Shown: positions 1 through 13,933 of the stretch, one piece after another
How positions within the stretch are numbered: position 1 is the first letter of the stretch
Layout: the number at the start of each line of letters is the position of its first letter
NCBI RefSeq assembly: GCF_009914755.1
Contig: NC_060929.1
DNA: 64,000 nt
Origin: the human T2T-CHM13v2.0 reference genome, Homo sapiens
Strand: one strand, 5' to 3'
Notes under the pieces: model-generated
The model's database searches: none
The model's input: the letters and a program-made list of their open reading frames with translations, nothing else
What the model was told of the DNA's origin: nothing
Translations under genes and position numbers: made by a program

Positions 1-107
1 TGCCTCATGCATCCTTACAGACTTACAGGAAATAGTGAATAAATATTGCTTTTTATATTACTAAAATTTGGAGTAGGTTTCTTGTGCAGCAAGAGCTAAC
101 TGGTATA
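1..107 (+). mobile_element. 3' end of old MLT1-type MaLR LTR (truncated by window edge)
   Basis: aataaatattgc...gtttcttgtgcagcaagagctaactggtata resembles the MLT1 3' terminus (aataaa...tgttacgcagcaatagctaactgataca). Confidence 0.45.
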
Positions 108-319
108 CTTTTGCATTTATTTCCTCTCTCTCTCCTTCTAGAAAGTAGGGATCCCTGTCTGTTTTATTCACTGTTTTTTCCTAGAACTCGGACGTAAGTT
201 CCTGACCCCTAGAAGGGACTCAGAAAATAATATTGAATGATGGCATTCATCACTTAGTCAATCACCCTCGGCCATCAAATAGCCCTGAGCTCAACTATCA
301 ATGTTTTGGCCCCTTGGAG

Positions 320-499
320 CACTGGTTGGAAGAATCTTTCTATAAAAGTTAGATAACATGTATCTGAGGCTTTGTGAAGCCCTAGGTTCTTTTTTGTCGT
401 TTTTGTTTTTGTTTTACAACTCTTTAAAAATTTAAAAACTATTTTTAACTTCAGGAGTGGACAATAAATAGCCCCCAGACTACGGTTGGTTGGCCCCTG
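320..499 (+). mobile_element. MER58-like (MER58C-type) hAT-Charlie DNA transposon relic
   Basis: ttttacaactctttaaaaatttaaaaactattt...ggttggttggcccctg matches the MER58 3' end; the 5' part resembles ...tttctgtaaagggccagatagtaaatattttaggctttg. Confidence 0.6.
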
Positions 500-1086
500 C
501 CTAAAGGATGGCTTTTCCTGGATGCACACTGGCATTATACGTTGGGTTGTCCTGGTGCACATCAGGGCTCTCTTCTATGAAACTCATGATTCAATTATTC
601 ATAGAGACTAAGATGGGAGCTGCTGCTGAATCAGCCGTATGGAGTTTTTCTCTATGGGCTCATCCCAAAAGGAGTGGCATTCCTGAGCCACTGTGTTGCT
701 GCGGCTCATGGACGTATTGGAAACTGCCATGTTTCCATCATTCCCTTCCTCACGAGGAAGGCTCAAGACCAGTTTCCTGTCCTACTGTAAAACCAGGAAG
801 CCTCGTGCATGTGTTTTTTGTAGGCATTTTTCTCTTTGTTTTACAACTTTCTCCCTCTCTCTCTTTTTTAATTGCTTCAAAGTTACCCTCTACTTATTTA
901 TTCAATTATATGAACTGTAAAGTATCTGGATTCTTCTCATAAGAGGCAAATAATATATAAATAATTTTTAAAGTACAGTATTTATAAATTAAGATGTTCA
1001 TTAAACAGCTCATGAATTTGTGAATTTTAAAAATGAATCATGAAATAGTATTCTACCACAATAAACTAGTTGTATTTAAGGACTAA

Positions 1087-1418
<332 letters not shown>

Positions 1419-1863
1419 AATGAAGACGTCTTTTTACAAAATGACATAAGAGACAAAATATAGACTCAACCTAAGTGCCTGTCAAAGGATTAATGGATAA
1501 CAAAAATGTGGTAGGTATACTTAATGTAGTACTATTCAGTCATAAAAAAGAATGAAATCCTGCAATTTGCAAAATGAAGGAAATCCTGCCATTTGCAAAA
1601 AAGAATGAAATCCTGCCATTTGCAGCAACACAGATGTAACTGGAGGTCATTATTTTAAGAAAAATAAGCCAAACACAGAAAAACAAATATCACATGTTCT
1701 TACTCATACATGGAAACTAAAAGAGTGGATCTTATGATGATACAGAGTAGATTGGTGGTTACCAGAGTCTGGGAAAGGGATTAGGGAGAGGGAATGGAGG
1801 GAAAAAAAATGATATAAATTTATTTATTTTCACTGAGCTATACACTTAAAAGTCGTAAAAATG

Positions 1864-2073
1864 GGCTGGGCATGGTGGCTCATGCTTGTAATCCCAGCAC
1901 TTTGGGAGGCCAAGGCAGGTGGATTATGAGGTCAGGAGATCGAGACCATCCTGGCCAACATGGTGAAGCCCAACTCTACTAAAAATACAAAAATCAGCAT
2001 GGCATGGTGGTGAGATTGCACCACTGCACTTCTGCCAGGTGACAGAGTGAGACTCCATCTCAAAAAAAAAAAA
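1864..2073 (+). mobile_element. AluSc-like element with ~90-bp internal deletion of the right arm
   Basis: ggattatgaggtcaggagatcgagaccatcctggccaacatgg (Sc-type); right arm jumps from ggcatggtggtg to agattgcaccactgcac; A-tail. Confidence 0.9.
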
Positions 2074-2103
2074 TGGTAAAGATGGTAAATTATATACGTA
2101 TAT

Positions 2104-2473
2104 TGTATTAGGCCATTCTCATGCTGCTAATAAAGACATACCCGAGACTGCATAATTTATAAAGGAAAGAGGTTTAACTCATAGTTCAGCATGGCTGGGG
2201 AGGCCTCACGAAACTTACAATCATGGTGGAAGGGGAAGCAAACATGTCCTTCTTCACATGGTGGCAGGAAGGAGAAGTGCTGATCAAAGAAGAAAAAGCC
2301 CCTTATAAAATGATCAGATCTAATGAGAGCTCACTCAGTATTACAAGAATAGCATGGGAGTGACCACCCCCATGATTCAATTACTTCCCACCAGGTCCCT
2401 CCCCACACACATGGGGATTGTAGGAACTACAATTCAAGATGAGATTTGGGTGGGGACACAGCCAACCACATCA
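2104..2473 (-). mobile_element. THE1D-like MaLR solo LTR
   Basis: tgtattagg...gagatttgggtggggacacagccaaccacatca; TG..CA ends; 5-bp TSD tatat (2099-2103 / 2474-2478). Confidence 0.92.
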
Positions 2474-3534
2474 TATATCTTACCTCCATTTAAAAAAAAT
2501 TCCATTTATTATAGATGGAGCAAGACACACACATAGGGACATTTCTCTAAACAAGACAGAGAGTTTAGAGTGAGAAGTATTTGTAGTTGTGTTCTGGGTG
2601 AATTCAGTGTGATTTGTATGTGTAGCCATGTTCTGGGGAGAGTGATTTATGCTTTGCACATGCAGACTATCTATGTGACAAGGACAGATCTTTGTATTAT
2701 TCAGAAAAGATAGCACCTACTACATTCTAAAGTAATTATTTGCCTAAATGTTGTTTCCACTAGACTAGAAGGCAGGTTTTTCTTTTCTTTGTATTCCCAA
2801 ATTTCTTAGAAATTTCCTTGGTTTAGTGTTAGATACTTAATAGAAACCTGTTGAATTAATTCATCCTCAAAAGCTTTGGATTTTCCAGAAAGGATTATTT
2901 CTTCATAATAATAGAAGATTTTGTAGTTCAAATGGTGTCTTTTTAAATTTGTTTATCATTGGAAAAGATCTGGGAAAGTGAGTTGTAGAAATGGCTAGAC
3001 ATATCCTAACTTGGGCATCTAGTTAATGGTGAATCTTTTATCAGAATCCAGATCTTCCAATGGCTAGTGCAAGCTTACTTGCAGGATACCAAACTGTTTA
3101 TTGATGTGAAAATTTAAATGATAAAGCTGTAATTATGAAAAAAAATGTTTTGCAGCCAAAGGTATGTGAACTTCTTAGGCATAGAATTCCCATATTAAAA
3201 CAACTTGCATAAATTCATTTTCCCATCTCTCTTGTCCCAATGCAGTGGTGTGTTAATTCAATTATCAAAAGTTAAGATAAGGATCTTTATGTCCCAATAT
3301 TCCCCTCATTGTGTTTATTCTCCGTGGCTTCCAAAACACCTGTGGAATCAGCCCTCCTTGCAGGAGAGATCTGACTACTGCCAGAGATTACCTTGTTCAT
3401 TGCAAATCTGAGCTCTATTCTGATGAAATCTACCTCTTAAAATTATTTTAACAAAAGATGAAGAAAGACAGAGTTTCCATACTGGTAATTACATGAAAGG
3501 AAGTGAACCACTCCACAGAGAGATGACATTCTCT

Positions 3535-4003
3535 CTGACATTCTCCTTCAGCCCCTCCTGGCATTGTCCCTTTTCTGGGTCATGGAGGTCACCCACCTCG
3601 GTTTCCCTTGCCCTGGCATCTGTGCACTGACTGTAAAGGGGAAAAGAGGATGGGAGAATCCAGAGTATTTCTCCCTCACTCTGCTTCAGAAAGTGTTCTC
3701 TGGCAGTGGTGATATCTTGCTAGGCCACTGAGGGTGCCGAGCACCGCCATCATGGCCCTAGTTACCTTCTCACCTTTGGGGTTTGGTGACTCAGCCCTTC
3801 CTGGTCACCAGTTTGGTGACTGGCCCCTCCCCTCCCATCGAGGCTGCCAGAATTCCTGCACTGGCTGGTTTCTGGGCTACCTCACCTCCCTCTATTGGCT
3901 TTTCGGTTCTTTCATCATCTACGTAACAAATTCCCTGCTTTCTTTCCCCTCCGCTTAAAATACCTAGAGTTGTTTTACTTTCTGGTTAGACACTGCATAA
4001 TAC
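3535..4003 (+). mobile_element. ERVL-class LTR (LTR33-family-like)
   Basis: 3' end gtaacaaattccctgc...cttaaaatacctagagttgttttactttctggttagacactgcataataca resembles the LTR33-type terminus; 5' boundary approximate. Confidence 0.55.
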
Positions 4004-4014
4004 AAACCAGTTAC

Positions 4015-4145
4015 TTACTCTTTTTCATTTAAACCAGAGAAAACTTGAGTCTCACAACAATAAAATGTCTTGCTGACAATCCCATGCCTGGTAAGTGGTA
4101 GAGTCAGGATTTTAACCCAGATCTGTCTGTCTCACAGATCCATAG
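4015..4145 (-). mobile_element. MIR SINE fragment
   Basis: ctggtaagtggtagagtcaggattttaacccagatctgtctgtctc = antisense MIR core. Confidence 0.7.
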
Positions 4146-6577
4146 CTGGCTGATTCGCAGGGTGGTATGAAAGGCTACTGATGAGATGGGGCTACACTGG
4201 CTTCTGTTGGTATTAGTACTGTGGAGCCCTTGCCTTCTACTGGCAAGAGATGACCATCCCATGATTCTAGGAGTTATATACAGAGGATTCAGTGTTTTGA
4301 CCCTGTTTCTTGGGGATAACCCATGATAGTCCTTCTAAACCTGTGTTGGATGGGTGAGTGGGTGGTTATTGACCTTCAGATGGTGAACCACATGCAACTC
4401 GGAGGCCTGTCATTGATATCAGTGACTAACATGACACAAGACAGGGCAGGAGAAAACTTTGACAATCACTTGAAAGAATAATCCCCGGGCAGCAGTTGGA
4501 GTGTGCAATAATTAATCAAAATCATCACAAGCAGTAAGTGTAGCCAAGTGCAGTCGATAGTGATCATTGTAATATTTCCCAGCACACATAAAGACCCAAT
4601 CATTCTATCAATTTTTTAGACATGTAAATTCAGTTGTTACCTTTAAAACACAAAATGACAAAAAGCCTTCATCCTTTGCACCTTGAAACTGCATGGTAAT
4701 ATTTACTGTTTTATTGGAAGAAGAGCACCAGTGCCTAACATTTCACCGTTTCACCTCCAAGGCTTCTGGACCATGTCAGAATAAAAGCAATCAATATCAG
4801 TTAATAAGCCAGATCAGTGTTATTAGTATTCTTTACAACCTTGGCATACTTCATTTTATGTACATATTGCCTATGAAAACTTGGGCTTATATCTTGTCTA
4901 GACAATGTCTTACATGGTCATTCAAATTAATAATGTGCCAGAATTATCTTATGCTTAATGCAGCTGGCTCTACATTGACTCTAGAAATTAAATTTACTCC
5001 GCAATGCTATTGACAGCTGGGTCTCCAGCATATTTAATGGATTTGAATGAAGATGGGGCTATATGTTGTGCCTTCAAGCAAAATGTTGATAACTCATCAT
5101 TTTCATAAAACGTGAGAAAGTGCTTTATCTATAAATGTTCCATCTCTCAGTGGACTAAATCAATGTAAGAGCTGTTTGCAATGGGTTGAACTTAGCTCTA
5201 TGTAAGAAAACAAAAAGGAAACTCTCCCAGGCAGTCTGTAAAACAAGTGCTTGCTGGTTCATTAAATGTGTGGCTCTGAAATCTCAATGCATTTCAAAGA
5301 AGTAGTTTAGTCTCAAGGAATAAAACTGTGTCCTGTGAATCTGATTTGAACATAATGAAAATTCTCATAAATGTGTATGTCCAAAGTCAGGGCCAGAAAC
5401 AGGGCTCTCCAAGTTTCTACTGGTTTATTTCAAGCATGGGGAGGGTAAGCTATGCACTCTGCCTAAGCCACTTTTTGACTTGTGAAAGTGACCTCTGGAG
5501 GGGAAATAAATGTAAACTACTTTAAAGATCAATTATATATGAAAATTCTTTGGCATGGGCAGGCTTGATTCAATAAACGTAACCTATCAACGACTACTAA
5601 CAGATTTTACTGGCCTCACCTCCAGCCATCCCTGGTATAAGAAGGCATAAATGGAAAGAGGTATAACTTTCCTAAATTCTAGAGATGTGGTCTATTCTAT
5701 AGTTGATTTTGAGATAGCTTTTCATATATTGCTCTAAAATAATACAGTCCAGAGTAATTTGGGGGCAAAACCACAAAAGAGTTGGTTTGTGTGTGAGAGT
5801 AAGAGAATCACGGTGAGGGTTAATTTATGGGGGAAGTCACTCGCTCATTCACCTCACTTTCCAGCAGCTCCCCCATGTTTATTGTAACATGACTAGTGAT
5901 TTATGTTCTTGACTAAAGCCCTTCTTCTCGTTAAGTTTCAAATAACTCTACGGAGGGGTATTGTAGAGAATTTGCAATGTGGAGCAACTTACAGGGTCAG
6001 ACCATAACCGAAGCAGAATCCAGTGGCAGCCACATTCTGTAGAAACAGGCAGAGAAGAGCTAAGCTTGGGCAATGTTGGCAAGATTGCTGGGGAGTGTAC
6101 AGTGCACTATACAGAGAGAGTTCCAGCAAAGCTTCATTGCCCTCGTAGCTTCAGACAGACAGCAAGGCAGCTCTCTGTAGGTGACTAGAAGCAGTGGGTA
6201 GCACAGGAGGGTTGAGGGCAATGAGAGACATGAAGAAAGCCTCAACTAAAAGGGGAAAAGGGTCCAAAGCTGTTCTTATGTCTGCCGCGGTCACAGTCAC
6301 AACAGGGTCTGGTGCCCACATTTGCACACATGTGTTCCTGGTCAGCCCCTTCCATCCCTCTGCACCTTACTGGACATAGCCGAGGCTGCATTCTGTGGGG
6401 TGAGACTGCAGAGCACATGGCCAGTCAGCAAGGGGAGAGCCCTGGAGATGGGAAGACTGGAGCCACAGGGTCTGGGAAACTGAGACATGCATGTTCAGTG
6501 ACCTAATTTGATTATTTAGACATGGGAGGCAAGTGGGGGTGAAGATGACCTGGTTCCCCTCAAAAGTTACGCTTCTG

Positions 6578-7340
<763 letters not shown>

Positions 7341-8597
7341 TGTGATGCTGCATGGATGCTGGACACCTGAGAGACACTGCTGCTTTTTTAAAATGAGCAG
7401 TGAGTGCCTGATACCCTCCTTCCCACATTGCCTCAGCCACATCTCACCAATGTCCGTAAGTGGCATTTTCATATTCATTCTCTCGAGATTTCCTCTTGGT
7501 TTTGCAGCAGTGAGTTAATTTCAAAGAATACACTTCTGGAAAGGAGGCCATGGGAGTAATGTTTTACTTTTGAGACCAGTCAGTAGCCAAGTCCATGAGA
7601 CTTCAGGTCCACAAGATGATCATGGACACCCAGGCAATAATCTGCAGAGCCAGACAGCTCCCACGTGGGCCAGCGTGGCCAAGACCAATGCTTCCCTGTT
7701 AAGGAGGAAGGAGTTAGGCTGGAAGAGGAGGAGTGGCCCTGCTGAAAGCCAGGGTGAGTGATTCCATCAAAAGCTGAAGGATGTGGCCTTGCAGATTCCG
7801 TTCTGGCCATAAACATTCAGGAACAACTTGCTCTGATGGCTTATTTATAGAAAAGTAGAAAATTGTCATAGCCTGTGATCACTTGATACTGGTCAGCCAC
7901 CATCCCTACAAAGAAGACCTTTGAAACTTAATAATACAAATCCCTACACCCCCGTCTCATTCTCTCCCATTTGATAGACATTTTTGTCTTCTTGCCAATG
8001 TAAATCACTTCATTCAGTAATGAAAATCTCTTCATTAGTCCTGTGGACAAATCAGATAATTCCAATATGTTAAAAAATAAAATGGTGATACAGTTCCACT
8101 TAAAAAAAATTAGAAGTCAATCTCCTGAACATCAAGATAAGATGTTGAACAATAATGTCTTATTGTGACACAATGAGAAAGCTTTCCCTGCCAAATCAAA
8201 CAATAATCTTAACATTGCCAATTTTCTATCCATACCAAAAAAAGAAGAGCATTTTTGTAATACAAAATGTCCATTGTTCCACCACAGTGTTTCTTCTGTC
8301 AAGATTTAACTAATTATCTTAAGTACACGATAATTTCCTCTTACCCGCATATTTTTATATTGCTTTTATTGAAAGACTTTCCACAAATAAGGTCTCTTGA
8401 CATGCAATGTTGCTTCTCTTAATAATTCAGAGTATCATGCAGAATTTTGTCTTAGAAACACTCTTTATTCCTTCCTTCTACATGCATTATATACTTTTAT
8501 ATACTGTATCTATATACTTTATATAATTGTATATAACAATTATATACTTCATGCTGAGTGATAAGCACTGTGTGGAATGAATGAGATGTAGACCTTA

Positions 8598-9292
8598 TCC
8601 TCACATCAGTCAGAATGGCTATTATTAAAAAGTCAAAAAACAACAGATGCCGGTGAGGTTGTGGAGAAAATAAGTGCTTTTACGCTGTTGGTGGGAGTGT
8701 AATAATGTGGCGATTCCTCAAAGATCTAGAACCAGAAATAGCATTTGACCCAGCAATCCCATTGCTGGGCATATACCCAAAGGAATAGAAATAATTCTGT
8801 TATAAAGATACATGCACACATATGATCATTGCAGCACTATTCACAATAGCAAAGATATGAAATCAACCCAAATACCCATCGATGATAGACTGGATAAAGA
8901 AAATGTGATACGTATACTCTCTAGAATACTATGCAGCCATAAAAAGGAATGAGATCATGTCCTTTACAGGGACATGGATGGAGCTGGAAGCCATTATCAT
9001 CAGCAAACTAATACAGGAACAGAAAACCAAACACCACATATTCTCACTTATAAGTGGGAGCTGAACTATGAGAACACAGGAACACATTGGGAGTCAACAA
9101 CACACACTGGGGCCTGTCAGGGGTCGGGGGTGGGAGAGCGTCAGGAAGAATAGCTAATAGATGCTGAGCTTCATTCCTAGGTGATGGGATGATCTGTGCA
9201 GTAAACCAGGATGGCACACGTTTACCTATGTAACAAACCTGCACATCCCGCACATGTACTCTGGAACTTAAAATAAAAGTTGGCAAAAAAAA
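8598..9292 (+). mobile_element. L1PA (old, ~L1PA13-16) 3' end, 5'-truncated
   Basis: ORF2 C-terminal sequence (cagaatggctattattaaaaagtcaaaaaacaacagatg), 3'UTR, gtaacaaacctgcacatcccgcacatgtac...aacttaaaataaaag, A-tail. Confidence 0.92.
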
Positions 9293-9334
9293 GAGCTATG
9301 AATTACTTCACTCATATTTAAAACAAAAAGAAAG

Positions 9335-9740
9335 GGCTGGGCACAGTGGCTCACTCCTATAATCTCAGCCATTTGGGAGGCTTAGGAGAGTGGATGGCTT
9401 GAGTCCAGGAGTTCGAGACCAGCCTGGGCAACACGATGAAACCCCATCTCTACAGAAAATAACAAAAATTAGCCAGGTGTGGTGGTGTGTGCCTACAGTC
9501 CCAGCTGCTTGGAAGGCTGAGATGTGAAGATCACTTGAACCTGGGAGGTGGAGCTTGCCATGAACGGAGATCTCACCACTGCACTCTAGCCTGGGCAACA
9601 GAGCCAGATCCCGAAAAAGAAAAAAAAAAAGAAAGAAAGAAAGGAAGGGAAGGAAAGGGAAGAGAAGGGAAGGGAAAAGAAAAGAAAAGAAAAGAAAAGA
9701 AAAGAAAAGAAAAGAAAAGAAAAGAAGAAAAAAGAAGGGG
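9335..9740 (+). mobile_element. AluJb-like element with tail expanded into (GAAA)/(GGAAG)/(GAAAA)n microsatellite
   Basis: cttgagtccaggagttcgagaccagcctgggcaac (J-type); purine-only tail 9613-9740. Confidence 0.92.
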
Positions 9741-12700
9741 TTGGACTTAATTATTTGTTTCCTTTTTAAAAAACAAACAAAAAAAATACCTTTAGTTGTT
9801 TCCTGCATGATTTCTTTTTTCCATTAACCATTTTCTTCAATGTGTCACATCATTCACATCCATGTTCTTATATCAGCTTATGTGAAGCTTTCAAGTTTGT
9901 CCACATTAAATCTCGATAGCCAATGTCAGAAATTATAATCCTGCAACATCAGTTCCTCAAGAGCCTGAAATTATTAGTACCCCAACAAAACTTTGAGTAA
10001 AGAAAGTTACACTAATTGACTCTCAGTAAACTGTATTTTGTCAAAAATATACTTGTTGATCTGTTCAAACCCAAAACTTGAAATAAAATATATATATGTG
10101 CAACTGTCTTTAATAGAGAAAAATTCTAATGTTGCAAGTCATCCAAATTACAGAACTATCAACGCAGATTGGAGTGGCTGACTGAGATAATTCAATGAGT
10201 GATGTTTATATTCTCTGTCTTGCTTCTTGATGATCTAGGTGTAGGTTTTACCAATTTACTGGCATTATTTTACCATTGTCAGATAAAGGTCTGTGCTATT
10301 ATTTCCTCCCTCCCTCCTAATGGGGCTCAAAAGTCTTCGAATGAGTTACCCCCGAGCAAACAATAGAACATGTTTTCTAAAGACAAATGTTTTTGTATGA
10401 GAAACTGTATACTTTATCACTGAGAAAAGAGTGTTTTTGCATAACGGTACAAATATGATATTCACATATGCTTCTCTAAATTCAGAATGAAATCCACTTA
10501 ACATTAAGCAGTCTAGAAGCTGGGCTAATAAGGGACCATCCTTCACACAATTTTTATTTCTGCGGTCCTGGTTTGGTTGTTATATAAGCGTAATCTTTGC
10601 ATTAGTTTTTTAGAAGTTTAAACAGGAAGGTGGAAAATTTGGTAAGAAAATAACTGTTTATCTTATTGAGAAATACCTGGATTTGCCTCATGGAAACAGC
10701 CACTGTCGAATCTAGAAGAATAGTGTCTCACAAGTTATAAAAGAAAGAGCTTCCTTATGTGAAATTCATGCCTCCATATTTAAAGTGTTTTCTATCTGGT
10801 CCATTATTCTCATGAAGGAATGACATATGTGGTCGTTTCATGCTGTTTCAGTGACCTTAACATGAGTACATGGTGAAATAAACTCTGGATAAGGTTGCAT
10901 TCAATAACGAATAGAGTGTTGTTTATATTGTTGGTAAAATGGAGTTTTAATCATGTATCTGACTCCAGCAAGTCACAATACCTCAGAGACTCATTGCTGT
11001 CTTCCACAAATTAACAATTCCCTACATCTGTCATTTGTTGTAAGAATTAGATGGAGCCACATGTTGAAAATTGTTTGACTATCACTAAATCCCCAAATAC
11101 ACAAAAGACGATGTTGTAACTAACTGGTTAAGAGGACAGCTCTGTGTTTATGTGCTTGCTTTTAACAAGGGAAAGCCAGAAAATCTAACTTTTGTCTTCT
11201 CCATGGGAGAGGAGGTGGTGTGTGTAACACTTGGATGGAGGAGATGGGAACTCAATGACGCCCCTCTTCAAACTATGCCTAAGTTTTCTTCTCTTGGAAA
11301 CTGCAGGCATTCTCCCCTTCATCTTAGGGGGCTTTCCTGTTCAAATAGCTAACCCTACCCACATAAAGGGAACGCCTGCTCTGAGGTATGTTAACATGTT
11401 TGTGCAGTTGTGTCATTTACATTGACCATATGTTAATGGTATGTACCCAAAAGCTAGTCTTATTATAAGAGGGTTATACATCAATAGTTCTGGAAGACAT
11501 ATAAGTGAATAGGGTTTTCAAAGGGCATGCTTCAGTGAATATGCGTTCCTGGAGCTCATCTATAAAAAGATTTTCAGGCACGCATTCAGCACTTGGTCTT
11601 AATTTTCTGTTGATTTCTAAGCTCTAGCAAACCACAAATATCTCTGTGGGCTTCTCTACCAAGCTGGTTTCATAGATGCAAATGGAGCAGCAGATCTTAT
11701 CTGAAATCGGAATTACATGCAACAAAGAAAAAAAATAAAGGGATGGTGCAGAGCTCAAAAGCTTTACACATTCCCCTAATAAGCCATTGGAATGTCAGTG
11801 CCTGATTTGTGATGAGAATGATCATCCAATATAGGCAATGAAATACATATCATGAGAGATGCTTTGTTCTTTGTTGTCTGGCTTATATTTTTCTATCTTG
11901 ATGCATTTCTTTCTCTGTAAAAACTTCTTGAGCGTGCAATGGAAAGATATTTTGTTCATTTTTTTTGAACAGGGAATTACAGCACTAAAATATGAAAATG
12001 CAACATGTTCCTTTATTAATTTTTAAAATATGAATCATATTTCTATATACATTTTGTCTATTGAATATATGATAGATGTGTTATGAATCCCATCTGAAGA
12101 ACCGCATTACCCATTCACCCTAGTCTCTGGCCTCAGGCATCTTTCTCTCGAGTAGCTTCACCCTGTGCAGGTAAACATGCTTTGCTGAGATAGTAACCCT
12201 GAGCTGTCCCTGATTCACAGTTCACTTCAGATAATGGTCAGGGAATAGGTCCTACACTCTTTTGAAAGACAGGAAAAATAAGTGTGAATATCACAAAGAG
12301 GCACTTGAGAATCAGGAAAGTATTAAAATGTTCTGTAACTGTCATTTCATTTGTAATCCAATGCTGACTGTCTGGGGCAGGGCCCAACACTCTACAGAAT
12401 GAGTTGAAAGGAACCCTGGTGACCTCTCTTTATGCCTGGGGCAAATTGGCCTTAAAGGGAGCGCTCATGTGTCATGGAAGTCAATAATTTGTTTCATAAA
12501 CATTATGCATATAACATGAAAAAATAATTAAATCCATTTTTGAACACAAAGGGGACGCTCACTAGGAATACATGAAAAAAAAACTGCAGCATGTCTTACC
12601 TTATAGAATGTTTTGCAAATGCTGATTTTTAGTTATGATGCCAGATTTTCCTGAAGTGTGACATTTCAGTACTATATAGAGCTCTTCTAATTCTGAGAGA

Positions 12701-12796
12701 ATGCTCAGAAGAATCACTTCCTTATCCCATTCAAACAGAAACACATCTTGAAGACTGATCATTATTTTAATAATAGAAGCTAGATTGCCCATAAGT

Positions 12797-13001
12797 TTTC
12801 TTTCCTTCCTTCCTTCCTTCCTTCTTCCTTCCTTCCTTCCTCCCTCCCTCCCTCCTCCCTCCCTCCCTCCTCCCTCCCTCCCTCCCCTTCTTTCTTCCTG
12901 CTTTCCTTCCTGTCTCCGTTCCTTTCTTTCTCCCCTTCTTTCTTTTCTTCATTCCTTCTTCCTTTACTTTACATTCTCTTCTCTTCTCTCTCTTTTTTTT
13001 T
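12797..13001. repeat. Polypyrimidine/polypurine tract (CCTT)n-(CCCT)n-(CT)n
   Basis: About 200 bp almost purely pyrimidine on the + strand. Confidence 0.95.
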
Positions 13002-13904
13002 CAGTTTGTATCATCCAGCAGGACCCCAGATAAGAACCATAACTCTAAATGCCATGCTGTTTTTAAAGAGGCCAGTGATGTTATAGCAAATAAATGTTGA
13101 CAGTAAAATACGGGTTCAATATTAACTCTACTTAATTAGTCAGTCTTGTAACCTAAAGCCTTTTCAATTGAAGAAACACTATTTCATTTTAATATATTGG
13201 ATAAAAGTTTCCAGGACTTATGCCAAGAAGCTGGCAAACGTAGAGAAGACTGAATTTGGAAAAGACATAGATATTGTCAGCATATAATATGTTTCTATAG
13301 AGCAAAAGTTCTTCATTTATTTCTAGGAAAATATGTAACCATCATGTTTATGAGTTTTAAGACATTTCCCTTATGTAGAGCAAAAGCTTAAGCAACTTTA
13401 GATTTGAAGTTTCAATAGAAAAAGAGAGAGGTTGAGGCATTAATGACATTTAGAGAGGAACAAGCAAACCACTACTAACTCATTCTCTGATTTATTTGCT
13501 GGAAGAACAGCCTTCATAAATAAAAAGGGTTTTGTTTATCTGTTGTAGCTCATTCATTTATTAATTTGATTTAAAAATAAATCTTTATTTTCACTGCCAC
13601 ACATTTACTTTTCCATGCCGTAACGGTGCATCTCCAGCCCCGTGATTCACTGTAGCTGTCAGCTACTCTGGCAACAGTCTGAGATGTTAGTAAATAAGGA
13701 TCGTTTTATTTAGTCATATGGATTTTAAGGTCTTCTTAATCTTTCTGTCTTTCTCTTCCTTGGCTCTCATCAGTCAAAGAAAGCACCAGATATAGCTATT
13801 ATCGGATACTCTGTAATTTTACCGGCATCTCAAAGACTAAAATATCTCAGTATATCCTGGGATGTGTAAATCTCTTGTTTTGTTTTTTGTTTTTTTTTCT
13901 CCAG

Positions 13905-13933
13905 TGTTCTACTTTTCCTTTGTTATTTTCTTG
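13905..13933 (+). other. Candidate 29-nt microexon
   Basis: Long T-tract + ttctccag| acceptor, exon tgttctacttttcctttgttattttcttg, |gtgagt donor; sequence motifs only. Confidence 0.3.

Larger units (their letters stand above)
1445..2499 (+). mobile_element. L1M (L1MA/MB-like) 3' end, interrupted by an Alu and a THE1 LTR
   Basis: caacctaagtg..., aaaaagaatgaaatcctgccatttgcagcaac, gtggttaccagag; resumes as gatggtaaattata and ttacctccatttaaaaaaaa after the insertions. Confidence 0.85.
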
